A DNA stretch of 64,000 nucleotides from positions 31,773 to 95,772 of IMG/VR virus record IMGVR_UViG_3300007553_000105; one strand, 5' to 3'. Position numbers and translations under genes: made by a program. Below, piece after piece: positions 1-7,994 of this stretch. A model generated the notes under the pieces. The model saw only the letters and a program-made list of their open reading frames with translations, made no database searches and was not told the DNA's origin. Origin of the DNA: a virus. Taxonomy: Duplodnaviria > Caudoviricetes. Within the stretch, counting starts at the first letter, position 1. Every line of letters starts with the position of its first letter.

Positions 1-283
1 TTGTTAATAGAAAAGCACCGTGGCATATTCCGACCACTGGCTTATTTAATAATAACATTTCTGTAGCCATACGTGTTTCAGTAATACGCCTAATATTAGG
101 ATCATTGCCACCAGTTAACACCAAAGCATCTATCTTGTTTGCAAGTTGTTTGAAGTCCTGATCTATTCTATTAGGAATAGGTATTATTTCTTGGTCTTTA
201 AAATAATGATACCAGGCTTGATCTGTTGAATCGTAAGCCTGGCCATTGTGATATATTACTCGTTGCGATAGTCCAACAATCAT
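1..283 (-). CDS. Class I glutamine amidotransferase-like / peptidase C26 family protein (gamma-glutamyl-CDP-amidate hydrolase-like), partial, runs off the left edge
   Basis: Not in the ORF track. My translation from ATG at 283 (ATGA overlap with the upstream stop): MIVGLSQRVIYHNGQAYDSTDQAWYHYF...IDALVLTGGND...NKPVVGICHGAFLLT. LTGGND and the GICHG nucleophile elbow are typical of C26/GATase1. Confidence 0.8.
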   Translation of the reverse strand, partial: MIVGLSQRVIYHNGQAYDSTDQAWYHYFKDQEIIPIPNRIDQDFKQLANKIDALVLTGGNDPNIRRITETRMATEMLLLNKPVVGICHGAFLLT

Positions 284-963
284 TTAGCTTTACGCCACAC
301 AAAATATATGCGGTTTAAATCTTTGCGAATTGCAAGTAGTTCACAGTTTAATTGTTTAGCCATGTTACTAATAAAAACAGGGTCCCAATCATAAAAATTA
401 ATCCATTGACTTTCAGGAGCAGTATGCTGTTGCCCAGGGTTTACACGGAAATAAAGCACGCCGCCATCTTTTACAAGGTTTACTGCGGCAGTAAGTTCTT
501 TAATAATTTTGTCACTGCTACCGAAGTTAATGCTACCCAAACAAATTGCTACATCATATTTGATATCTGTTACTTGGTATTCTAATACAGTAGCTTTTAC
601 GTCTGCACGATGATTATAAGGATCAATGCCAATTAAATTTTGTATCTTGCCTTTAAACTCATTGTATCCACATCCAATATCAATTACTGCCGTCGGATCC
701 ATTGCGTTAACTTCGTCAATAATAGCGAGTCCGCTATACTTGTATTTTTTTGTTTCAGGTTGCCATACTTTACTGAAGTATTTTGTTAAAACTTCATTGT
801 CAATAATATCTGCTAGTTCTGATATACTAACCACTGGTGAGATATTATCTAATTCAATATCAAATACGCCGTTTACTACCTGGCATAGTGATAGCCTATC
901 AGATTCAAGGCTAGGATTTCGTTTTAGAATACGATCTAATTCGTTTAAAATTTTTAGGTTCAT
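280..963 (-). CDS. Class I SAM-dependent methyltransferase
   Basis: VIDIGCG motif I, IGIDP motif II, YDVAICLGSINF, LVKDGGVLYF. Confidence 0.8.
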   Translation of the reverse strand: MNLKILNELDRILKRNPSLESDRLSLCQVVNGVFDIELDNISPVVSISELADIIDNEVLTKYFSKVWQPETKKYKYSGLAIIDEVNAMDPTAVIDIGCGYNEFKGKIQNLIGIDPYNHRADVKATVLEYQVTDIKYDVAICLGSINFGSSDKIIKELTAAVNLVKDGGVLYFRVNPGQQHTAPESQWINFYDWDPVFISNMAKQLNCELLAIRKDLNRIYFVWRKAK

Positions 964-964
964 G

Positions 965-1162
965 TTATGTCCATGTTAGTTTGAATAATAAAACAGCTTC
1001 GTCAGAAGGTAGTTGCAATACCATGCCTTCCAATATACTGCCGGGAAAATTAGTTGTCCATTCGTGAAGTTCTGTATAATGTTCTGCCCAGTAATGATAG
1101 TCACTCAGTATAACACACCGTGCTTTACCATACTGAGTGACTACATACCGTTCTTTAATCAT
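965..1162 (-). CDS. Small hypothetical phage protein
   Basis: 65-aa ORF tightly packed in the operon, ending in a FKLTWT-type terminus common in small phage proteins. Confidence 0.6.
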   Translation of the reverse strand: MIKERYVVTQYGKARCVILSDYHYWAEHYTELHEWTTNFPGSILEGMVLQLPSDEAVLLFKLTWT

Positions 1163-1271
1163 AGATAAATGGGTCTTGGTCTTTTAGTTTTTTTAGTTTT
1201 TCAGCTAACCGCTTCTTATACTTGTAATTGGCGATCCATTGCTTAATTAGTTTCACTGGATTAAGTGTCAT
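1155..1271 (-). CDS. Small basic protein (38 aa, ends KDQDPFIYD)
   Basis: Below the ORF-track cutoff. MTLNPVKLIKQWIANYKYKKRLAEKLKKLKDQDPFIYD fills the gap exactly and overlaps both neighbours. Confidence 0.65.
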   Translation of the reverse strand: MTLNPVKLIKQWIANYKYKKRLAEKLKKLKDQDPFIYD

Positions 1272-2796
1272 CTCGTGTTAATACCTTTACGTTATATTTC
1301 CGCGTCCAACGTTCAGCGTCATCCTCATCATCCACCATAGGTTCGCCTTTAATGTTTAACGAAGTATTTAGTAACATTGGACATCCTGTTTGCGCATACC
1401 AGCGTTCCAGCAATTCGTATAATCCAGGATGCTGTTCGCGTGTTACAGTTTGCACACGGCTTGTACCGTCCAAGTGCGTAATTGCAGGATATAAGTCAGG
1501 ACGTTTACATGTCCCAATAAACTGCATGTATGGGCTATGGTTGCAACCCGCTGGCATGTCAAAATAGTCATGCACGTGTTCAGCCATAATTACTGGAGCA
1601 AAAGGTCTAAACTCTTGTCTACGCTTCACAGTGTTAACAAGGTCTTTCATTTCCTGTCCTCTTGGGTCCGCTAACAAACTCCTATTACCCAGCGCACGTG
1701 GGCCGTACTCAGCTCTTCCATTTGCTACCCCAACCATTCCTACTGTACTTAGTTCTTGCAGTGTTGCGTTTACAGGATAAGATCCTTTAATTTCATATCC
1801 CAAATATGGAGTAGTAAATGGAACGAATTCTCTATTCCAATCCAACACACACCCTACTGCGCTACCAGCATCGCCAGGATTAGGCATGATCCATACATTA
1901 TCAAAATACTTATATGCAAGACCATTGGCAACGCAATTTAGCGCACATCCGCCCATGATTACAATATTTTCGTCACCTACAATCTCTTTGGTTTTCATTA
2001 CTAGGTAGTCAAATACCATTTCATAAACAGCTTGTGTACTTGCCGCAATGTCTGCATAATCTTGTATTGTGTTTAGTTCTGGTGCCCACCATAAACAGCC
2101 GCGATGCAAGTTTTGCTTAAAGCGAATGTTTGGTGTCCCGTCAAATGGTTCAAAGAAATCGTCAAATATTTTTTGTTTATATTTCTCAGGATCACCCACC
2201 GCGGCCCATCCCATAAGAATATATTCTTCTTCATTGGGCTTTAAGCCAATGCGCTGTGTCATTGCGCTGTACCATAACCCAACACTGTGCGGATAGCTCT
2301 GACTAAACAGCTTGCGCATTTTTTTATCTTTACCGTGCCAGATAGTAAGCGTTTCAAACTCACCTATACTATCAATTACAAGTATGGCGGCATCGCGGAA
2401 AGGACTTGTATAAAACCCCGCGGCGGCATGGCTGGCGTGGTGGCGGTGATTATGAAACATTGTTTGATTTTCACGATAATCGTCCATTAATAGCATACTA
2501 TCACAAGCATCAATACCAAATTCGCTCATTGTGGTCACTGGACTGGGTTTTGTCAATGCCAGCTTATATTGTCCACTTGTTAACTGACGCAACCGTTTTA
2601 ACCACTGTGTTTCATACCAGTGTACTGTATCAGGAAATCCAAATTCCAGTGCTTGATTAATTAGCTTCTGATTCAGGTGTTTGTCGTTCTTAACCCCACT
2701 ACTACGTTCACTGTGTGCAGCAAATTTAATTTCTTTATCTACGAATACTGCTATCGCAGCATCATGACTATTGGCTGTAATTCCCCATTGTATCAT
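1261..2796 (-). CDS. Carbamoyltransferase (CmcH/NodU/TobZ family)
   Basis: HDAAIA, HHASHAAAGF, VIDSIGE, EYILMG, GGCALNCVAN, GDAGSAVG, EYGPRALGNRSLLADP, RPFAP, DGTSRVQTV, LLNTSLN. Start set at the ATGA overlap (2796). Confidence 0.93.
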   Translation of the reverse strand: MIQWGITANSHDAAIAVFVDKEIKFAAHSERSSGVKNDKHLNQKLINQALEFGFPDTVHWYETQWLKRLRQLTSGQYKLALTKPSPVTTMSEFGIDACDSMLLMDDYRENQTMFHNHRHHASHAAAGFYTSPFRDAAILVIDSIGEFETLTIWHGKDKKMRKLFSQSYPHSVGLWYSAMTQRIGLKPNEEEYILMGWAAVGDPEKYKQKIFDDFFEPFDGTPNIRFKQNLHRGCLWWAPELNTIQDYADIAASTQAVYEMVFDYLVMKTKEIVGDENIVIMGGCALNCVANGLAYKYFDNVWIMPNPGDAGSAVGCVLDWNREFVPFTTPYLGYEIKGSYPVNATLQELSTVGMVGVANGRAEYGPRALGNRSLLADPRGQEMKDLVNTVKRRQEFRPFAPVIMAEHVHDYFDMPAGCNHSPYMQFIGTCKRPDLYPAITHLDGTSRVQTVTREQHPGLYELLERWYAQTGCPMLLNTSLNIKGEPMVDDEDDAERWTRKYNVKVLTRDDT

Positions 2797-3254
2797 TGTT
2801 TTTTTATCCAAGTTAAGTTATTGTTATTAGCGTTGTCACCGCACACCCCAAATATTTCACCGCTGGGAATAGCGGGCGTAGGATGTCCTAATAAGTCCAA
2901 CCATATAGCCCTATGATGCACTGGATGTACTCCAGGGTAACACCACATAAATCCCATGTTGGTTAATGTCATCTTATCGTTTTCGTGCCAGAAACAATGG
3001 ACACCGCCGTTGAGTAGCACTTGCATTGTTTCAATTGTTTTAGCATGGCAGAAGACATAAGGGCGTCCTATAAATTCCCAGTCAACTTGTTCTTGTGGTT
3101 CATCATGTCCAAAGTATAACGCACCATTATACATTTGTAAATCACATTCCACGCCATAGCCTCCATTATAGGCTTCCTTTAGGTAATCTAGCCTATTCTC
3201 ATAATCACGTTCAACTCCATAGTAGTTGCCGCGATGGGCGATAAAGATTGCCAT
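2793..3254 (-). CDS. GDPD / PLC-like phosphodiesterase-fold protein
   Basis: IAHRGN...EN...GVECDL...GHD...HAK motif series. Confidence 0.7.
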   Translation of the reverse strand: MAIFIAHRGNYYGVERDYENRLDYLKEAYNGGYGVECDLQMYNGALYFGHDEPQEQVDWEFIGRPYVFCHAKTIETMQVLLNGGVHCFWHENDKMTLTNMGFMWCYPGVHPVHHRAIWLDLLGHPTPAIPSGEIFGVCGDNANNNNLTWIKKQ

Positions 3255-3278
3255 TTAACACCTTTAATTATATACGCA

Positions 3279-3297
3279 TATATTTATTATAAATATA
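3279..3297. promoter_or_regulatory. Bidirectional T4-type late promoter (TATAAATA on +, AATAAATA on -) forming an inverted repeat
   Basis: TATATTTAT-T-ATAAATATA between divergent genes; TATAAATA is the T4 gp55 late promoter consensus. Confidence 0.6.
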
Positions 3298-3313
3298 ACA
3301 CAGGATATTCTAT

Positions 3314-4348
3314 ATGCCAACATTTAAATTTTACACCAATCCATCTGATAAAGCAAACAAATATGAAATAACAGCGAATTTAATTGGTCGCGATTGGGAT
3401 TTTTCAGACGGAGAACAGAGTAAGGAATTCAGCACACTGTATCGTAAATATTTATTAGGGCTTATATCTTCTCCAGAAGAAAAGTACTACAAATTTTTAA
3501 AGTCCACAATAGATAATTTTGAACTACTAAAAACATTTACTGCTGATACATCACCCCACCCATCTATTGCTAATAGAAACTGCGATACTTTTTTTGATAA
3601 TACCGTTGGGATAGTTAATAGAGGTAAAAAGAAAACAATTATTGCACTAGGTGGCGGTAGTTGGTACAAGACATTATATAACTATGACGGATTAGATCAC
3701 GTTGCTAGTTGGCTGTTTGATGAACGCGATTCCGTTAACTATAACGTGATTAGTTTTAGAGAGCAAATAGAACGCTGTTATTACAATCCAGTATTATATG
3801 ATAGCTGTTATTATAACGGTTGCCATGAACAATTGACAACCCCACAGGCCATGGCTGCTTTTATTAAGCAACTGTTTCCAGACAATGAATATTATATATT
3901 TGGAGACTGTAAATTGGGGCACGCCACTGCATTACTTGCATATTATCTAGGAGCGAGTAAAATTTTTGTCAGTAGTGGCATCACTACAATGGAAATTGCT
4001 ACACTGGACACATTCTTAAACAAAAACAATGACGGGGACTATCATTTAAACGATTATCAGAGTCTAGGCGCATTCGAAGTATTATTGCGGGCAACTTATT
4101 TCTCAGACAATATCCCCTCACATTTAATGACCACACAGAATATTATAAATCTAATGCCCAATAGTAAATTTATGTTTTACAATCATGAGCATGATATTCC
4201 AGAATTCAATGAACAATCAAAAATGGTCTCTTTGGCTTCAAACGTCAATATACATTATACTGACAATCAAAAATATTCTATTAATAATCATCACATCGTA
4301 AATTATTTACGAAAGCATAATATTGTTTTTGATTTCTTTAACGAATAG
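3314..4348 (+). CDS. Hypothetical protein, possibly a degenerate alpha/beta-hydrolase fold
   Basis: 344-aa AT-rich ORF opposite to the operon; YIFGDCKLGHATALLAYYLG resembles a nucleophile-elbow strand-helix; CAGGA RBS. Confidence 0.6.
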   Translation: MPTFKFYTNPSDKANKYEITANLIGRDWDFSDGEQSKEFSTLYRKYLLGLISSPEEKYYKFLKSTIDNFELLKTFTADTSPHPSIANRNCDTFFDNTVGIVNRGKKKTIIALGGGSWYKTLYNYDGLDHVASWLFDERDSVNYNVISFREQIERCYYNPVLYDSCYYNGCHEQLTTPQAMAAFIKQLFPDNEYYIFGDCKLGHATALLAYYLGASKIFVSSGITTMEIATLDTFLNKNNDGDYHLNDYQSLGAFEVLLRATYFSDNIPSHLMTTQNIINLMPNSKFMFYNHEHDIPEFNEQSKMVSLASNVNIHYTDNQKYSINNHHIVNYLRKHNIVFDFFNE

Positions 4349-5042
4349 AATCTAGATAGGACAAGTAATCTACAGGAGTTCCTATTGCAGTATACTTGTT
4401 AACCATAGACAATTTAACAGGGTGGTCATTCTGGATGGCATGGTTATATAATGGCGCCAAATAAAATTCACCATTGGTTAGTAGATTATTGTTAGCATAA
4501 AAATTATAAGCGTCCATAAATAAATCTCCAGATTTCCAATGATACAACCCTGTGTTTCTATATTTGCTTATTGGCTGCTTCTCAGCAATGCCATATACTT
4601 TAAAGTCTTTGTCGACACTGCTATAGCTACTTTTTAAATCCCATTGCCGTTCTTCAGCTAGTACTACGCTTGCGTGTCGGGTGCTTGCTAGAAAATAGTC
4701 TTTGTTGTAGTCCAAAATAAAGTCACAGTCAATAGTCATCCATTCTTCACTGCGATATTCACTGTTGGCAATCACATACGCTGCACTTGTTGCTGCACCA
4801 TTAGTATAATAATCTATGCTGTGTATTGTACCATCAACATACTGTGCTGGGTTGTATTGTTCAATGTGACTCTGCTGAAAGAGGAAATGATAACGTATCT
4901 TATCATTTTTATCAAAGTTTAAACTATCAAGTGCAGCAACAAACATTGGCTTACCAGCCACATCCAAAAAGGGTTTGGGAATATCTGAAAATTCTTTAAA
5001 ACGACTTCCTTGTCCAGCGCATAACTGCAACACATTAATCAT
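4338..5042 (-). CDS. Sugar-phosphate nucleotidyltransferase (NTP_transferase family)
   Basis: LCAGQGSRF...PKPFLDVAGKPM, TIDCD, AEKQPIS, TGLYHW, GEFYLAPLYN, IGTP. Start at the ATGA overlap (5042). Confidence 0.85.
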   Translation of the reverse strand: MINVLQLCAGQGSRFKEFSDIPKPFLDVAGKPMFVAALDSLNFDKNDKIRYHFLFQQSHIEQYNPAQYVDGTIHSIDYYTNGAATSAAYVIANSEYRSEEWMTIDCDFILDYNKDYFLASTRHASVVLAEERQWDLKSSYSSVDKDFKVYGIAEKQPISKYRNTGLYHWKSGDLFMDAYNFYANNNLLTNGEFYLAPLYNHAIQNDHPVKLSMVNKYTAIGTPVDYLSYLDSIR

Positions 5043-5380
5043 TCTATATCTCTCCATTCACCTACCATTATTTTGTCATTTGGCAAGCTAGGCGTTTTAA
5101 CGCACATTACATATGCTTCTTCAAGAACCTCTGCATCCACTACTTCATACGCATCAAATACAAATATGTCTCCAGCCACCATAATGTTACCATTGATTCG
5201 CATTTTTCCACTTACCATAACATTGTACTCTATAGCAGTTAATTGAAAATGTGGTGCTATATATTCGCCTGGCAGGTGATGCATTAGTGCAACTTCAAAT
5301 TGATCTGTTTTGAAAAGTGCTGGTTCAAAATCACCAATGATCCAACCGCGTTTGTAATTTTTTATATGATCTATTTTCAT
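5039..5380 (-). CDS. Cupin-fold protein
   Basis: GWIIGDFEP, PHFQ...EYNVMVSG...GDIFVF...VKTPSLPNDK. Confidence 0.7.
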   Translation of the reverse strand: MKIDHIKNYKRGWIIGDFEPALFKTDQFEVALMHHLPGEYIAPHFQLTAIEYNVMVSGKMRINGNIMVAGDIFVFDAYEVVDAEVLEEAYVMCVKTPSLPNDKIMVGEWRDIE

Positions 5381-5961
5381 AATTTGTATATCTTTTTAAT
5401 AGTATCTTCTACATCAAAAACTTCTATTACACTTGCCCCTGTTGCACGAGCACATTGAATTCCCACCGGGCTGTCTTCAAATATAGCAGTAGTAGCTGGC
5501 GCACTGCCTGTATGTCGCATACAATCAACAAATGTAGTTGTATCTGGTTTTGCTGGATAATCTGTGGCAGTGTTTACTTTGGTAAAAAATTTAGCAATTT
5601 GCATAATCTCTAAACTACGTTCAATAAATGCGCTTGTGGCATTTGTGGCCAAACAGATTTTATAACCCTTTTTATACAGATACTCTATTGCATCGTACAA
5701 ATCTTTTCTAAACGAAATATATTCAGGAATATGTTGTTGAGTATGGGCTTGTTTAGCTTCATTTACTTTGTCAGGATTTAAATTAGCACCGTGAGCATTA
5801 AGTATTCGTATCTTTTCACGAGTAGGTCTGCCTTCAATATCTTCATCATCAAAATTTAGATCTGGAGCATATTTTTTAACCGCTGCACGGAAACCGTCCT
5901 GATGTAATTTCTTACAATCTGCTAGAGTTCCATCAAAATCGAATATTACAGTTTTTATCAT
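5377..5961 (-). CDS. HAD-family phosphatase
   Basis: IFDFDGTLAD (motif I), ATN (II), KPD (III), FEDSPVG (IV). Confidence 0.9.
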   Translation of the reverse strand: MIKTVIFDFDGTLADCKKLHQDGFRAAVKKYAPDLNFDDEDIEGRPTREKIRILNAHGANLNPDKVNEAKQAHTQQHIPEYISFRKDLYDAIEYLYKKGYKICLATNATSAFIERSLEIMQIAKFFTKVNTATDYPAKPDTTTFVDCMRHTGSAPATTAIFEDSPVGIQCARATGASVIEVFDVEDTIKKIYKL

Positions 5962-5966
5962 ATCAG

Positions 5967-5982
5967 TATTTATTAATAAATA
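5967..5982. promoter_or_regulatory. Palindromic bidirectional late promoter TATTTATTAATAAATA
   Basis: Perfect 16-bp palindrome giving AATAAATA on both strands between divergent genes. Confidence 0.6.
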
Positions 5983-6000
5983 TTATATAGGAGATCATGC

Positions 6001-7227
6001 ATGAAAGTAGCAGTTGTATTACGTGGGCAGCCTAGGAATTCAAAAATCGTAGCTGATCTATTTGACAAATTTGTAAGGCAAAATTGTCCTGATATTGAAT
6101 TCACCACATTTATACATACTTCCAGACGTATAAGCATATTACAAGATGAATCAAAAAAAACTGTAATGCTAAACAAGCGATTCAATGGCGAAGATTTACC
6201 TCTTGATGAAGTTATAGAATCCATACTACCATGGCGGTCTGTTAGATACCATATAGATGAGGAACAAAAATTTTTTCATGACTGTAAACTTATATTAAAT
6301 GAGTTAGGTAATGACTATCTCATTCATAATTGGTGGGAGTGGATTAATACTAAAAACGGATTGGATATTGACGACTACAAATTGTTTACTTCCTCAGACT
6401 TGATTATTCCTCGCCTTAGTGATTTTAGAGGTACATATCATTGGAAAAATTACTTCAACAGTGCAGTTGAAGACAAATATGAATATAAAGGAAACAACTA
6501 TAATATTTCTGATATACCTGCAATGCAGAGAATAATAAGTTTTCATTATATAATGAGACAGTATTATAGTTTTTTACAGTCATACAATGTATTAAAGGAT
6601 GAGATGAATAATAATCCGTCTTATAAACCTGATTTAATATGGTTTACTAGATTGGATACAGTGCATACTTCATTTCTTGGATCGTTGTCAGAAGCATTAG
6701 AACTTATACGCAATAATTTACGATTTTGCATGAATAATGAGAAATTTAGACAAATTGGACCTGAAACTTGTGGAATAATAACAACTAATAGGATAGTAAT
6801 AGACCGCGGCAGGCCATGGATTGAGGACGTAAATTTATTTTCAGATGTAGAATCAATGGAGATATTAATGGGTAACCGTACTCCAGAAGATATTATTATT
6901 TCTGCTTTTAAACATAATAAATTTCAGCTGCTGAATTGCATAGGCTCCGGTCCTGGAATACAACATACATTATGGTCACCTATTTTAAATAAATCTATTT
7001 TTATACAAAATCCATCCCATAGTCCTGGTATAAGAACTAGTGTTTTTAGAGAAACATACCATCTAAAAATGGAAGGACTAAATGAACTAGATAATAGCAG
7101 AGAATCTATGGATAAGTTTTTTGATTATGATAATGGCTGGGTATACCCTAGTGATTTATATGAGCGTGGACCCACTATAGATGAAATTATTTCAGAATAT
7201 CGAAGACTTAATGGCGATGATAATTAA
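6001..7227 (+). CDS. Hypothetical protein with a MKVAVVLRGQPR N-terminus (putative glycan-modifying / GT-like)
   Basis: N-terminal GQPR motif plus YKPDLIWFTRLD, a pattern seen in polysaccharide-locus proteins; AGGAG RBS; AT-rich. Confidence 0.55.
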   Translation: MKVAVVLRGQPRNSKIVADLFDKFVRQNCPDIEFTTFIHTSRRISILQDESKKTVMLNKRFNGEDLPLDEVIESILPWRSVRYHIDEEQKFFHDCKLILNELGNDYLIHNWWEWINTKNGLDIDDYKLFTSSDLIIPRLSDFRGTYHWKNYFNSAVEDKYEYKGNNYNISDIPAMQRIISFHYIMRQYYSFLQSYNVLKDEMNNNPSYKPDLIWFTRLDTVHTSFLGSLSEALELIRNNLRFCMNNEKFRQIGPETCGIITTNRIVIDRGRPWIEDVNLFSDVESMEILMGNRTPEDIIISAFKHNKFQLLNCIGSGPGIQHTLWSPILNKSIFIQNPSHSPGIRTSVFRETYHLKMEGLNELDNSRESMDKFFDYDNGWVYPSDLYERGPTIDEIISEYRRLNGDDN

Positions 7228-7229
7228 CT

Positions 7230-7994
7230 TTACTTTCTGCTTGTCCACATAATTATAGCCTGTTTGCTGTTAACGCTGTGATTAAAAAAGTTATCGCTAC
7301 AGTGATACTTGTATCTGTCAGCCGCAAAGCAACTGCCCTTTTTCCATTTAAATGTTGAATCAACAGTCAAATAATGAAATGGTTCTTCGCTTGTAATAGG
7401 AGCGAAGTCACGTTCATATATTTCTCTACTGACACACATGTCTTCGTTTCTAGGAATGTTGTTTTGTGTAGCCCACTGAACCGGATCTTTAACGCCACTA
7501 CGCTCTTTAAAAACATATGTTGTACTGTCATAATCATCCAGTGGAACAATAAGTGTCCAGGCTGGGTGTGGGGCAATTTTCATATTGGACTGTTCTGCAT
7601 CATTGTGCAGCCCATACGGAAAGTGGCTATCTAACAAATGTATATGACTAGCATAAATTCCGTTACCAAATGTTTTTTCTAATTTTGGTTGTATAATATC
7701 TACTAAATGGGACCATTTAGGATCATCATAAAAATTACTAAAAATCATATAATTAGCAGTTAGGTGCTCTTCAGGATCCTGATCATAATGAAATTTTGCA
7801 AGAGGTGCCATTGCTGTATCTCGCACTTTGAAAGAATCTTCACTATACCCGGCGTCTTTAAATATTTTTAGTTCATCATCGTTCAACCAGTTGTCAATTG
7901 TTAAACTATCAAATTGTGTGTCTTTATAATAATCAGATTCAATATATGTACTCTTATATTCGTCTTCAGACATACGTTCATCAATTCCGCTCAT
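7230..7994 (-). CDS. Putative 2OG-Fe(II) oxygenase-like (DSBH) protein
   Basis: HxD (GLHND), WTLIVPL, distal His (KYHCSDN) after WKKGSCFAAD. Confidence 0.55.
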   Translation of the reverse strand: MSGIDERMSEDEYKSTYIESDYYKDTQFDSLTIDNWLNDDELKIFKDAGYSEDSFKVRDTAMAPLAKFHYDQDPEEHLTANYMIFSNFYDDPKWSHLVDIIQPKLEKTFGNGIYASHIHLLDSHFPYGLHNDAEQSNMKIAPHPAWTLIVPLDDYDSTTYVFKERSGVKDPVQWATQNNIPRNEDMCVSREIYERDFAPITSEEPFHYLTVDSTFKWKKGSCFAADRYKYHCSDNFFNHSVNSKQAIIMWTSRK

